64,000 nt of DNA, taken from assembly GCF_009914755.1 (NCBI RefSeq), contig NC_060930.1; one strand, 5' to 3'. This document shows, piece by piece, positions 1 through 16,010 of the stretch; positions within the stretch are counted from its first letter, which is position 1, and every line of letters starts with the position of its first letter. The notes below the pieces were generated by a model. It did no database searches and was not told the origin of the DNA. It saw nothing but the letters and a program-made list of their open reading frames with translations. Origin of the DNA: the human T2T-CHM13v2.0 reference genome, Homo sapiens. Position numbers and translations under genes: made by a program.

Positions 1-356
1 ATTACATTTCTCTGGCTGTGTAGACAGAGTGGGTGCCATAGTGAGGTTACCCACAATGGCCTCCATTCTTAAGGAGCTGACCAGACTAACATTGATACTT
101 AGAAGTATAGTTACACAAATCCTCAGAAGGAGTATAAACTCAAAAGTTGAAAGCACATCAAGAGTAAATTAAAGGTGTTCAGCAGCATTGCTGTCAGTCA
201 CATAGAAACCCGAGTGACAGTGCCCTGACCATGAGCAGATGAGGCTGAACTAAACTAGTGCCAGAGGACGTTGAGTTCCATGTCTTTCCTCCATCCAGTC
301 AGTATAAGCGTGACTTCTACACCTCTGCCTCGTGGTCATCAGGGTGCTCTTGAAAC

Positions 357-655
357 TTTTTTTTTTTTTTTTTTTTTTTTTAGATGGAGTCTCGCTCTGT
401 CGCCCAGGCTGGAGTGCAGTGGTGTGATCTCATGGTAACCTCTGCCTCCTGGGTTCAAGTGATTCTCCTGCCTCAGCCTCCTGAGTAGCTGGGACTACAG
501 GTGCATGCCACCATGCCTGGCTAATTTTTGTATTTTTGGTAGAGATGGGGTTTCACCATGTTGGTCAGGCTGGTCTCGAACTCCTGACCTCGTGATCTGC
601 CTGCCTCTGCCGCCCAAAGTGTTGGCATTACAGGCGTGAGCCACTACATCTGGCC
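357..655 (-). mobile_element. Alu (AluS-type)
   Basis: Poly-T followed by reverse Alu dimer ending tggcc. Confidence 0.95.
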
Positions 656-1649
656 AAAACTTCTAATGTCAACACTGCTGGCTGGGCTGGATATTGGGCT
701 TGCTTGTTGAACAAAGAGTTGTTCGAAGCTTTTAGATTTTTTTTTTTAGATTATAAAAATATGGGTGATGCAAAGGACTAGGTTCACTTAATGGCACGAA
801 GACTAACCCAAGGAACTGTGAATCCTTATCGTTGGATGATCAGACTCAGCCACAGTGATGCTCTGGACTTTTGTTTATGAATCTAGGAATCTTTTCTCTC
901 AGATAACTATTGAAATTGTAAATAAAAAAGTGACCGAGATATCAGATTCACAGGCAACAATGTTTAGATATACAAATTTTTAGAAGTCTTTTGAGGGCTA
1001 TTTACCCACAAATGAATGAGAATGCAAAATATGATGCAAAGCAGATTTAACCTTCTGGCTAATTTGCCTCAATAAAAAAAGTTAAAGACATAAAAGGAAG
1101 ATTACATCCCACATTTTAAGATTGTGTCTTTATGTAAATAAAAAGTTACTCAGCATGCACTTCAGGCATGAGTGAAGGTCTCTAAGTTCACAGCGTGGAA
1201 GGGACTGCCGTCTGGGATTCCCCAGCATCAGGAGCAGACTGAGACAGTGATCAGTAGTCGTGTTAATGGTTAAATTTTGAGTTCAGTGAATGCTACTGGC
1301 TGAAGTCAGGCAGAGAAGAAGAAAAAAGGGAGCCAGAAATGAGAAAAAAAGAGAGTGTGATATAGGGAAGAGAGAATGAAAAAAGAAAGAAGACAGCTGT
1401 GACCACGGGAAGCTATGGTAGAATGACTAATGAAATACTTTTAGATTTCTCCATAAATTCCCTATTCTTGCTGGGCATTTAGAATTTTAAAAAGATTATA
1501 TTCCATTTGAGAACATTCTGTGATACTGAGCAATTATAAGAATTGTCTCAGGCAGAAAAGATATATTGAATAATACATGTTGATTGATAGATGGAGAATA
1601 TTAGTAGATTGTTATTTCAGCCTTTCTATTGTGATCCACACCCAGGTCC

Positions 1650-2360
1650 GAACAGCATTTTCAGCCTCCTACTGTGTGCCAAGTCAGTGGCTGGTGTCAT
1701 GCATACAAAGATGTGCATGATAGCATTTCTAACTTTCGTGAGCTCACAATCTATAGGTATGTCAGTTTCAATGTTCTGTGCTAATGTCTTGATAGGCATT
1801 AGGTGTAGGGCATAATGAGAACACTGGGAGGTAACTCACCCAACGTTAACAGATCAGGAAAGGAATCTTAGTGCATGTGACATTTGAGATGAAACCAGAA
1901 TGGTAATACCCAGGAAAGGCACTGGGAAAAAACTGTTTTCAAGTAGCAAGAACTCAAAGGCTTGGAGTGTCAATGGTCATCGGAGGGAAGTAGTATGGTC
2001 CTGCTGCCATGTGAGCAGAGGACTTCCACAGCAAGCCAATGAACCTGGAAAAGCCACAGGAGTGGATCCTGGAGGCTTTTGTCCACACTGCTGAGCTGCT
2101 TGTACTTTTTCAGCTGAGATCGGGCACGTTCAGGGTGGTATGGCTGTAAACGATACTTGGACTTTTACAGGTATCAACCAAGTTTCTTAATTTTTCTGTC
2201 ACTTCCAAGGTGACTGAATTTCATTTGTGGTATCAGAGGGCACAAAGATAGATGTATAGGAATTATTCTAGGCAAACAGGAAGATCTCAATGGATTTAGG
2301 ATAATGGATGGGGCTTCAGTGTGGAGTTTTAAGGAGGCTGTGGTATGGTCAGGCTTGCAT
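1650..2360 (-). mobile_element. L2 fragment (hosts the 5S retrocopy)
   Basis: cctcctactgtgtgccaag...gagctcacaatcta resembles the reverse L2 3' end; purine-rich body. Confidence 0.6.
2110..2151 (-). pseudogene. 5S rRNA 5' fragment (about nt 1-42), tailless retrocopy
   Basis: Minus strand gtttacagccataccaccctgaacgtgcccgatctcagctga versus 5S GTCTACGGCCATACCACCCTGAACGCGCCCGATCTCGTCTGA: 37/42 identical. Degenerate 19-bp direct repeats at 2095-2113 and 2152-2170. Confidence 0.88.
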
Positions 2361-3207
2361 TTCATGAAGTGGTCTGTGGTACTTCCAGCCTGGTGAGTTG
2401 ATCTAAAGAAGCCTTAGGTCAAACGGAAATATATTACCCCTTAATAGAAAACACAATTTATTTGCATTTGAACAATAACTATTGGATTTGAATATACAAT
2501 GCATTAAATGATTGTGTTTTGTTTGGCTCATAAAAAGTTTTCGAAAAAGGAATTCTGGTCTTTTCTGCATATCTCTTTTTCCCATTTACAAAACATAAAA
2601 CTTAAATGCTCTTACTTGATACAAAAACATAAACTGTGGAAAGGACACCCTGTTTCATAAATGGTGCTGGAAAAACTGGATAGCCACGTGTAGAAGAATG
2701 AAACTGGATCCATATCTCTCACCTTATACAAAAATCTACTCAAGGTGGATCAAAGATTTAAATCTAAGACCTGAAACCATAAAAATTATAGAAGATAATG
2801 TTGGAAAAACTCTTCTGGACATTGGCCTAAGCAAAGAATTCATGACTCAAACCCCAAAAGCAAATGCAGCAAAACAAAAATAAATAGGACCTGATTAAAT
2901 TAAAAAGCTTCTGCACAGCAAAAGAAATAATCATCAGAGTAAACAATGCACAGAATGGGAGGAAATATTTGCAAATTATGCACCTAACGAAGGACTAGTA
3001 TCCAGAATCTATAAGAACTCAAACAAATCAGCAAGAAAAAAAAATCCCATCAAAAAGTAGGCAAATGACATAAATAAACATTTCTCAAAAGAAGATATAC
3101 AAATTGCCGGGAAACATAAATAAATGCTCAACATCACTAAACATCAGGGAAATGTAAATTAAAACCACAATGAGATATTACCTTACTCCTGCAAGAATGG
3201 CTATTAT

Positions 3208-3242
3208 TACACTTGATCTTAGCCAAAAGGCTGAGAAGCGAT
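3208..3242 (-). pseudogene. U2 snRNA 5' fragment (nt 1-35), tailless retrocopy inside L1
   Basis: Minus strand atcgcttctcagccttttggctaagatcaagtgta: 34/35 to the U2 5' end. TSD aagaatggctattatta (3193-3209) / aagaatggccatcatta (3243-3259). Confidence 0.93.
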
Positions 3243-3557
3243 AAGAATGGCCATCATTAAAGTCAGAAAACAATAGATGTTGGCGTGGATGTGGTGAAAA
3301 GGTAACAGTTTTACACTGCTGGTGAGAATGTAAATTAGTACAACCTGTATGGATAACAATATGGAGATTCCTTAAAGAACTAAATGTAGATCTACCATCA
3401 ACCCCACTACTGGCTATCTACCCAAAGGAAAATAAGTAATTAAATGAAAAAACACATGCACACACGTTTATTGCAGCACAATTCACAGCTTCAAAGATAT
3501 GGAACCAACCTAAGTGACCATCAACCAATGAGTGGATAAAGAAAATGTGGCATGTTG

Positions 3558-3914
<357 letters not shown>

Positions 3915-5021
3915 CTACTCAGTCATAAAAAGGGACAAAATAATGTCTTTTGCAGCAACTTGGATAGTGCTGAAGGCCATGATTCTAAGTGAAGTAATTC
4001 AGGGATGGAAAACCAAATACCATACGTTCTCACTTAAAAGTGGGAGCTAAGCTATGAGGACATAAGGACATACAGTGATATATTGTCTTTGGAGACTCAG
4101 AAGGGGGAAGGTGGGAGGAGGGATGTGGGATAAAAAACTATATATAGGGTACAACGTACACTACCTGGGTGATGGGTACACTAAACTCTCAGACTTCACC
4201 ACTATATAATTAATCCATGTAACCAAAAACCACTTGTACTCCAAAAGCTATTGAAATAAAACATATTTTTAAAAATTCTCTTATTTGACCTGTGTTGGGA
4301 TTTCATATTTTAGATTCTTGCCTAAAAATAAAATACACAAACAGAGAATTGCAGCAAAAACACAAACATAAATGACTACAGGAAGAGACCATAAGTTGAT
4401 TCCAAAAAACATATATCTAAATTAGCCTTACTAATTCATAGTTGTGTCTTACACAGGGAACACAGATTGGCTTGTCTTATAATTTATTTCCACATTTCTT
4501 CGATGTCAGTAAAGAATTTTCCTGTTTGGAAAAACATAGCACTGGGCAGAGGGCACCTGGGTTCTGATCAATTGTTGGTCTAGTCATTTGACTTCTTTGT
4601 AACTGGTTTTTAAAAGTGGGAGAATAATGCTTTTTTTTGTCTACTAAAGATTGTTAATGAGGCTCAAGTTTGGTAGAGTATGGAGTTCCTCTGACAGCCA
4701 CTGTAGGGTGACAGCAGCCATAATAAATATATGACAATTTCAAGGTGAAACAGAGTAGAAGAGCCAAGGCTCCTGGTTCAAGTGTCTGTCAACAAACGGG
4801 CATTCAGCAATTAAGCTGTTGAGTAAGTGAATGTGTACACATTCACATTTTGACATACACATACATTAAAACACATATTTAAGTGTTAAAATTATTGAGG
4901 ATCCTAAATTATAAAAATATATTTAGGAAAGTAGTCCTTAATTCCAGCTACTGGTAGGTAAATAGAACTAGTCACACTATCTGTATCCAGTTGTCAATAT
5001 AGTCAAAAAATGAAAATAAAT

Positions 5022-5204
5022 GGTGGGGAGGGCGAGAGGAGGGAGAGCATCAGGGCAAATAGCTAATGTATGCGGGGCTTAAAACCTAGATGACAGGTTG
5101 ATGGGTGCCGCAAACCACCATGGCACACGTATACCTATGTAACAAACCTGCATGTTCTGCACATGTATCCCGGAACTTAAAGTAAAATAAAAATAAAAAA
5201 AAAA
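5022..5204 (+). mobile_element. 5'-truncated L1PA 3' end
   Basis: caaaccaccatggcacacgtatacctatgtaacaaacctgcatgttctgcacatgtatcccggaacttaaagt followed by an A-rich tail. Confidence 0.92.
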
Positions 5205-5336
5205 ACCTAACATCCTCCCGCCATGTGTGCATAGAAATGTCATTTCTCCTGACTCTCTGATGCCACCTTGTTTACATTTTTTACCTACTTTTACCCTCAT
5301 TTATTCAAACTCATCATTTGTAATAACCTGGTTTTA

Positions 5337-5657
<321 letters not shown>

Positions 5658-8600
5658 TATAATAACCTGGTTTTAAAGTGGGATTTATCAGAACATAGAC
5701 CGTGTTCTATGAGGGATATTCAGTTTTAGTTGTGTAGGAGGTTGAGAAAATACAGGACTTTTCAGCATTAGGATTTGATGATGCCGCTTTAGGTGAGAAT
5801 GTCCCCTAAACAGCGGGAGTTGGCAGGAGGAGGCAGGGTGCTGCCACGGGTGTCTGTGGTCCTGGACAAGTCACTTGTGTGAAAGAAGGGTCTTCGTTCT
5901 CATGTTTTTGGGCACACCCTCCACCTGATTTCCCAACTGTGACATGGAATAGCTCTGGAAGGGGACCTTCTGGTGGAGGAAGCAGGAGGCCACACAAGCT
6001 TCTCCTCCATGGTCTCTCATTTACGTTTCCCTTGAGCTACTCAGTTTGGGGATCTGCTGGATGCTTTTCTTTTAAAACTTAATCCCAAGCAACAAACCTC
6101 TTAGGTCTTCCGAGACAGGATCCGTTTCCAATAGTAAGGATAAAGAAAGAAAATACAAAGAACACACAACTAGTCAAGTGTTTACAGTTAACCTGTAGTA
6201 AGCAGGCTGGGACCACTTGAGGCCCCTTGCCCAGCTTCTCACCTCTTTCCCACTGAGCAGGACTCATTCTCCATCCCTGGGACCTTTCCCCAACATCTTT
6301 TCCTTCTCACTGAAATGTCCAGATTTAAGGTTCTCAGACCCCCTTGACTCCACTTGTTTGTAGACTGAGAAACTGATCTTCTCTAGGAAATGGGCAAGGC
6401 TGTGGACCGTCATACAATATAGATCTCACTTTTCATGGGAAGTAACTTCACTTCACTCCTGGAGCAAGAAGCCTCGTTTACTACATAGCTCCATCCTTAG
6501 CGTCAGTCACTATTTCACCTGCATCAAATTACACACATCAAGTCAAGAGCGGCTCTGTCTTTCACACTGATATGAACCAACAAATAACATATTGTTAGAT
6601 AGGATCTATTTTGGCCAAAAACCCCACAAGCTTTACATTTTCTTCTTTCTCTGGATTGGATGGGGTTGGAGCAGGAATAATTTCTGTATCATTTGTACTT
6701 TAAGTTTGCAAATGGCAGGACTGCAGCTTCCAGAAGAGGCTGGCACACAGAAGCTGGTCTTGTGAGCTTGGCTTACAGGAAAAGAATGTGTTTGAGAGAC
6801 AACCAAGAGAGAACTGATCTTCAAATCTTCCAGGAGAGAATCCATCCTATCTAGCCCGAGGGACACATGCATGGGAAGCGCTGACCAAACTGTATCGTTC
6901 CCCTTCCCAGGACTGTCCCTCTTCAGGAAAAGACCACACATGGCAGAGAAAAGACTGAACTCATGATTTCAGTCTGGGATATTTTCCATATTCTATATAT
7001 TGTTATTTTGAAATTCAAAAATTACAATCTGTCCTTGGCTACAGGGTACTCTAAATATTAACAGCCCTATATTCATGTATGAAGGCAAAAAAAAAATCTA
7101 CCTTCACTTAATGTGACTACAGGATCTCTAACAACTATAGTATAACAGTCTGTCGCAAGTGTATTGGATGTTTCAGTTTGCCAGACCTGTCATGATAAAT
7201 TAATTACAGGATGTTGCAGAAATGGCAACGCTCCAGCAGCATCTTGCATAGTTTAATATAGACCCATTTCCCCATTTCAATGTATTTGTGGTTAGATAAA
7301 TCCTCAGAAATTTACAGCTGCTATAGACTAGTTTATTATGTACTCTGCCTGCACACATGATAAGTATAAGAATTCGATGTGCTTAAAGTGCATAGATTTT
7401 ACTGATATTTCTTTACCACCATGGAAATATTTAGTTGCTAAAAGTAGCTTCAGTAGACACGTCTGAACATTAACTTTTGTATAATAGGCAGGGATGGTTA
7501 AACACATTACTGTGCTTAACTTTTATTAAAGAATCATAGTTCAGGAAAAGTTATGTGGAGCATTTATACAGAATGGCCCTGTGAACAAATTTAAGACCAA
7601 AAAAACACCTTAACTACTGATTCTCAGCTGAAAACATCAAAAAACCAAACTGAAGCTACCAAACTTTTCTCTAGGGAACCTTCTTCCTTTAGTCTTGTGA
7701 CCGCTTTGCGCAAGCTTCAGTTGCTTATTTTTGCCCTGGCAGCAAGTTATGTTCCTCAACTTCTTGCTTTTTCCTCCTTTCAGACTATTTTTTTCTTATC
7801 TTCACTAACATCTCCACTCCAAGCAATGTTAAGAAATCATCCTTTGATTGGCAATATTTGAGTTTACTTACATAAATGTTTTATAAGGAAACCATTCTTA
7901 AATTTTCTTCTATTCTTTCATTGGGCTCAAATCATTTTTATGAAGAAATGAACTACAGTGAGTAAAAATCATATTGCTTAGTACTTTTAGAAATAACACT
8001 GAAGTATGTATTGGAGCATTTTGACCTAAGTGATAAGAGGTAGAACATGAATTATGTGTGGTGTACATATCCCTTTTTTAGATTGACGAGAAACTAAAAT
8101 TGATTCTTAGCAGCATTAGCCTCCCTAGCTTTTCGAGACGAAAATAACCCATCTATAATCAGTATGAATTTGAGGTGTTAGAAGAGCAACTTTAGAAAAC
8201 CCACTGCTCACAACATATGCTTGATGTAGATTTGAAGGGGATCATTAGAAAAATAGCATTCTTTGTGTTTACAAAACAAATGTTTTTGTTATCCAGTTCC
8301 CGCCTTAGCTTAAAGTATTTCCTATTCACAATAATTAGAGCAGAAGGATATGAAGAATGAAGTGCCTCATTACCAAGTTTGCTTCCTGGGCCTCGGCAGA
8401 GAGTAGCTGTCTGCTTTTGCCTAGTTAGTCCATTGTTAACCCTAAATGATGCTGACATTCAATTCTCCTGCATATAATTGTGTCCATCCATAGAATGAGT
8501 TCTCCAGTCAACACAGCCTTTTGATTGACATGCTTCTTGATGTTTTTATTCTCTCATATATGACTGGAATGGCGCCTTTTCGGTTTCTTGAATAAAATGT

Positions 8601-8944
8601 TACTGTACATGTAATTAGTTTGATTCTACAGAATCTGTTTCTTAAGGAAACATAATTATAGTATGGAGTAAAGATTTACTAAAATAATTATGATAAACAA
8701 ATGATCAGTTTTTTTTAAAAAAAGTTCACTCAGATATATTTTATTTTATTTAGGTCACTGTTGAATGACAAACATTTGAGATGTTTCTAGTCCCTGAGTG
8801 TGGTCATAGGCACATGCCAACTGCTTCCTTACTCTTGTGTGTGTTGTCATGTCCAAATATCAGCATTTTCCTCTCCACAGCAACTGAGATCCAGTACTTT
8901 ACAGATCACCCAGTGGAGTCTGATATCTCCATTTGCAACTAGCA

Positions 8945-9080
8945 GTGGCTGGAGTTGTGCAGTTGGAGAAGTTACTTAACCTTCAGAACTTGGTTTCCTT
9001 AGTTCTAGAGCAGGGAAGATTTTATCTATCTCATAGATTTGATGTGAAGAGTAAATGAAGTCATGTACATAATAAAGTGA
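8945..9080 (+). mobile_element. MIR
   Basis: aagttacttaaccttc...ggtttcctt...ctcatagatttgatgtgaagagtaaatga resembles the MIR core. Confidence 0.65.
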
Positions 9081-11170
9081 GGATTTGGGGACTATTTTCG
9101 GTACAGTTCAATTAAATAGAAACGAACAAATATATAGCTTAAAACATTTGGATTGCTTAAAAGTGTTTCCATAATTCACTAAACAGATATGGCCATCAGA
9201 TGGAAATCATTTGAATACACATAGAAGTGTAAGGTCACAAACTTTTGTTATAGTTTCTAGAACTTCCTAACTCTTAAAAATATTTGTGGCTAAATATATG
9301 ACTAAAGTGACAACATGTCACATGAAGCTATAAAATGGTAAGTTATTTCTCAAATATAGTCTTGCTGAGCTTCCTAAAGACATCTTTCTTTAATTAAATT
9401 CTTCTATAATTTAAAGATAATATTAAGGTCAAGTATTCATTTGTATGTGATAGAAACCCTGCACAAGATTTCAGAAGTACCAAGCGTTAGCCATTTAAAA
9501 GCACTGATTTCATTTAAAATATGCATTTTAAACATAAATTTGCATTCACTGTGTAAAATATTTCATGTTTTAAATCTTTTAAAAACTTGATTTTTATTCT
9601 AGCTTTCCAAGTCCTATACATAGTATCATTTCAATACTGAAGAAACATTAATCTTCAAGACAGAGTTGGATGAATAACTGGGCAGTGCATTTCCAACAAT
9701 GGTTTAAAAATATTATTTAGATATAGAAGAAGACAGTGTCAAATTGTTACTTGTTTGGAGAAAAGAGATGACATGGGATAAAATTCAGTACTTTCAGAAT
9801 AAAGATAAAACAAACCCAATTTGTTATAAGGAAATGTTTAATGCCGTACATCATCAAATGGATTCTGGTGTCTGATTTTCTGCTTGATTATCAGCTGGAT
9901 CTATTGCTTGGAGGGCACTGTCATGATCTCCCCCACCCCATCTCATCTCAGATTGTGTGGTAAAGAAACATCTTTTATTAATCTATTCATGAACATAACC
10001 CTAGTCTTACTTTGTCAGCGAGACAAAGGGGAAAAGGACTGGGCTTTCAGTAGAGCCAAATTTTCCTGGTGTTTGCTTCAACTGCTATTTTTCTCTTTAG
10101 TAGTTGCAATATAAAAACAACCCTTTATTTTTCATATAAACATCAAGAGCTTAGCAAATGCTTAGCTCCCCCTGACATATTTTTCATTCATCTTAAATTA
10201 TTTCTAAACTTGTTGAAATTCTTGGTGATTCAATCAGAAAATCAACACATATCTCAAAATTATTAGCTGAAACTGCAGAGAAACAGATATTTTTATTTTT
10301 AAATTATCAAGTGCATTCACAAGACAGAAAAAAACAAGCTTGTACAAGAGTGACTCAAGCTGGCTGGGCCCAGCTGTACCTGACACACAGACTTATACAT
10401 CCAGAACAATGAAAACTCAGTGCCATCAGAACAGACTTTTGGGCGGATGGCTGTAGGCTTCACCAGTTATCAGTGCCACTCAACACTTTCAAAAATGCCT
10501 TTTTTTTAAAGTTCTACACAGCGGGACATGTTTACCAATTTTTATGCCTCTACATGTGCAGGGATAAGAGCCAAATATATTTTTATTAGAAGATATTTCA
10601 CACTGGGTATACATCTGGGCAAAATTTACACCTCAATGCCCAACATTGTTTTTCTCACTTCTTATTTTAATGGAATTGACTGTCTAATTTGGATAGGTCT
10701 TTCTAATTTTATATTAGTTTTCACTTTCTTGGGGTTAAATATTTTATCAGCAGACCTTATCACACACTTGAGAAAGGAGTCAAGAAAAGAACAAAAAATG
10801 AATATCCCATTATAATATCAAACTTCAAAACATATAGTCTATAATAATGACACTATTATTCTGGAACTTAGAAAAAATAAATAATGCAATATAATAATGT
10901 AAAAATATTAAGATTAAAATAAATATTAAACAATGTAAGTCTACAAAATAGGTATGTGCTTAAATATGAAAAGCCTTTTTTAAAAAGTAAAGACATTGGG
11001 AACATTGTTGCCAGTCCAGCCAAAAATCACTTTTAATTTAGGTCTATGAAGTTACCTATATGATTTGATCTTAAGAAACACAAAATTTTAATTAGAAAGT
11101 AAATTGTTTTCTTTTAATGTCTTTGTTACTGAGACTGTTTTGAATGCGCCATATTCTAAAGCTGCTTATC

Positions 11171-11459
11171 TTTTTTGTTTTTTGGAGATAGAGTCTTGCT
11201 CTGTCCCCCAGGCTGGAGTGCAATGGCGTGATCTTGGCTCACTGCAACCTCTGCCTCCTGGGTCAAGCAATTCTCCTGCCTCAGTAGATGGGATTACAGG
11301 TGCCTGCCATGAGACCCGGCTGATTTTTGTATTTTTAGTAGAGATGGGGTTTCACCATGTTGGTCAGGCTGGTGTTGTTGAACTCCTGACCTTAGGTGAT
11401 CCACCTGCCTCAGCCTCCCAAGGTGCTAGGATTACAGGCATGAGGCACCGTGCCCAGTC
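11171..11459 (-). mobile_element. Alu in the AHI1 3' UTR (sense to the mRNA)
   Basis: Alu dimer with TSD agctgcttatctttt on both sides. Confidence 0.93.
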
Positions 11460-11596
11460 AGCTGCTTATCTTTTAAATAAAGTGAATTTCAAAAACAGAT
11501 ACTTCATATTCTGGGCATAGCATCACACATACAACCATTACCAATATAATAATATTAAATGATTACTTAACAGACATCCTAATAACGCAAACACCT

Positions 11597-11602
11597 TTTA
11601 TT
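11597..11602 (-). terminator. Proximal poly(A) signal AATAAA
   Basis: About 330 nt after the stop, with TGTA upstream and GT-rich sequence (gtgtttgcgtt, tgtctgtt) downstream on the minus strand. Confidence 0.6.
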
Positions 11603-11932
11603 CACATTTGCTGAGTAGCAATTACAGTGTTTTCTTCATTAGTTTTCCAACACTGGTAATGTAATTATGATGCAATTACTAACAATATAAGTACCAATAC
11701 TTTGACCAACAATAGTCACAATGGTTTATAACAACTGAACTCAAAGGCCACGTTGATTTTTCCACCCACAACTTGATTCTGATTTTTCTAGAGTCATTCA
11801 TAAGAACAAGAAGTAGTGGATCCTTTCTTCCTCCTTAGTATCTGAAAATTCTGAACTCTGAAGAGAAATTCCATTTGGTTTGTCATTTTCACCTCTGTGC
11901 ATTTCGGCAGCTCTTAACTTTTCTTCAATTCT

Positions 11933-11935
11933 TTA
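11933..11935 (-). CDS. AHI1: AHI1 stop codon TAA, first three bases of the terminal exon
   Basis: Acceptor tatttttctttccag|TAAAGAATTG. The previous exon ends in phase 0 with no stop, so this TAA terminates the protein. Confidence 0.88.
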   Translation of the reverse strand, partial: 

Positions 11936-14102
11936 CTGGAAAGAAAAATACACAAAATGTACTAAATAAACTTGAATAATGTCTTCTGACTACAACCAAA
12001 TCTTAGTGTGCTCAGGCAACAGCACAGGTAATAAAGGACATTGTGTAAAACACAAACACATACAAACACAACTAAAAAAGACCAAAATACTAATTTCCTA
12101 TCTTCTAGTTTGCCTCTCAAACATTGTTAGCATCTTTTTGTATCATTAGCAATTGTTTAAGGCCTGCTCCTGCATTGACAGGTTAATGTAAGCAAGAAAG
12201 AAATAAAATCCCCAAATATAGACACTAAAAACTCCAAACCATAAGTAACTTCCAGAAATGAAGAGCAGGCAATCAGAGTATATGAAATTCTTCATTGAAT
12301 GGGAAAAAAAGTCCTCATGGATGATATTCAGGGTTAGTGATTCGGAAGGATACAGATAATTTTATTAAATAGCATTCTTTCATTTAGTCTATGGCTATGC
12401 CTACTTTTATATAATTAGGTTATTACATTTTTCAAATCAATTAAAAAATGGGCTGTCTCATTTTTGACCAAGATAGTAACAATCAAGCATCCAGATGTGG
12501 CTTTGATGTAAAACAAATTATACAATTCATAAAAATCAAGAACCAATATGCAGATGAAACAAGAAGTTGCTTCCTTAGACAGCATGTAGTATTTGCACTA
12601 CAACTAGTGTGAGATAAATTAGTGGGGCTAAACCTAACATTTTTTAATGCAATCATTCATACAGCATTGATAAGTTCTGGACTTACACAGAAAGGTTACT
12701 GTCCTTCTTCTAAAGAGAAAGGCTTAACACCTGGTTGTCCTTAGAAAACACACGGCAGTTTCAGAACGATGGCAAATCTGGTTAAGGTAGCAGTCAACTC
12801 CATCGACCACTCCTGAGAAAAGTGACAGCTGGCACACTGTGGCAAGAAAGGGCAATGGCTAACCATTCCTGAAGGGCTTTCCCTGGGGGCACAGGAGGTG
12901 TAGGGGACACCTGTGCTTTAAGGAACAGGCCCAATCTTAAATCAATGGTCGCACTATCTTTTCATATAAAACACATTTACACATGAGGGGCAAAAATTCT
13001 TTATCACTTGATGTTTCTTGATTTTAAATTTGTTAAACAGAGCTACTCCAGGTAAGCTTGTATCATATATAGAAGCCCAAAAATACGTTCTAGTGAAGCT
13101 CATGAATGCACATGAAGTTGAGTATAAAAATGGTACAGAATACGGCATGCCAAGGTATAATACCACTAGGGGCAAAAAAAGTCTCCCTGTACATATACAG
13201 AAAAAGTACGTAAAACTTTCACCAAATTAGGATCTGATAAAAATGGAAAAGAAAGTAGTTTCAATGAAGGCTGGGCTAAAGTCACAGAGAGACATATAAA
13301 CTTCTGCAAAAGGCAGTGAGGAGGGTAAAGGATCTTACAGGAAGAATAAGGCAAAACAAAGTGAGAGGAAGAGTTCATGTTAGTGGGAGGACAAAAAAGA
13401 AGAAGAAAAACAGAAAAGGGAAGGGGGAGAAGGGGAGAAGAACAGCTGGAAATTAGTGAGATGGATCCTGCACGTGCAGAAGATGTAGGACAAGTGAAAT
13501 CAATCAGGTGGTGACTGCACTGTGAGAAGTAAACAGAGAAGCCAGACGGACCTTCAGGAGAAGAACCCAAAGAGAAATTCAACTCGAAAAATCTAAAGTA
13601 GGCAGCAAAGATAACATCTTTGAGGGAAATGATTCAGACTCAGAAGAGGAAGAAACACACTGGATAGAGAATGACAAAGATGGCGCATAAAAGGGAGAAA
13701 AGAGACAGAATAAAGATGGTCATGTGCACCCTTCGGACACTGGCGGCTCCTCCTGACGATGGGAGGAAAATCAAGAGTGGCACACTGGCTTGATGAACGC
13801 TAACAGCAAAAGGACCTGAAAGCTAGGAGACAGCAGGGATGTGCTGAAAGAGGGAGGAGAAGACATCTAACCAAAAGACAAGGATAAATGCAAAGCCATT
13901 CCTTCTCTATCTTCTCATAAAGTATCTCTGTAATCTAACAGAGGAAGAAAGTAACGAAGCAAAGCCCTTTTTAAAGGCTCTTGTGATGAAAAGAGAAAGA
14001 AACATTCTTCTTAGCAAGCTTATGAAAACAAGTATGAAACTAGGTTAGTGTTTGTGTGTATGTTATGTCTGGGGAATAAGATTCATAAAAATACCGGGCC
14101 GT

Positions 14103-14558
<456 letters not shown>

Positions 14559-14719
14559 CTAATCAGAGTTAATATACAAAGCAATGTGTAAGAGAAACAG
14601 CCCTGAACTTGGGGCAAGAAGATTAATTCCTAGTTCAGGTACTTTGTAGCTGTAACTTTGAAACCTTGGTTTCTTTAAATGTAGAAACAACACGCTGTAT
14701 TAGAAAATTTCTAAAAATT

Positions 14720-16010
<1,291 letters not shown>

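Larger units (their letters stand above)
10292..11932 (-). other. AHI1: AHI1 3' UTR (distal end approximate)
   Basis: Follows the stop. Minus-strand AATAAA at 11597-11602, 10292-10297 and 10124-10129; the true cleavage sites cannot be read from sequence. Confidence 0.65.

Noticed and set aside
1214-1223. NF-kB consensus GGGATTCCCC (another, GGGGAATTCC, at 57759-57768)
   Set aside because: Isolated motifs are expected by chance in 64 kb.
13041-13051. Plus-strand 11-nt microexon look-alike (aaacag|AGCTACTCCAG|gtaagc)
   Set aside because: Weak pyrimidine tract, wrong strand for AHI1, and no partner exons identified.
13270-13960. Purine-rich stretch resembling a processed pseudogene
   Set aside because: No recognisable protein, poly-A or TSD; the 138-aa minus ORF is low-complexity.
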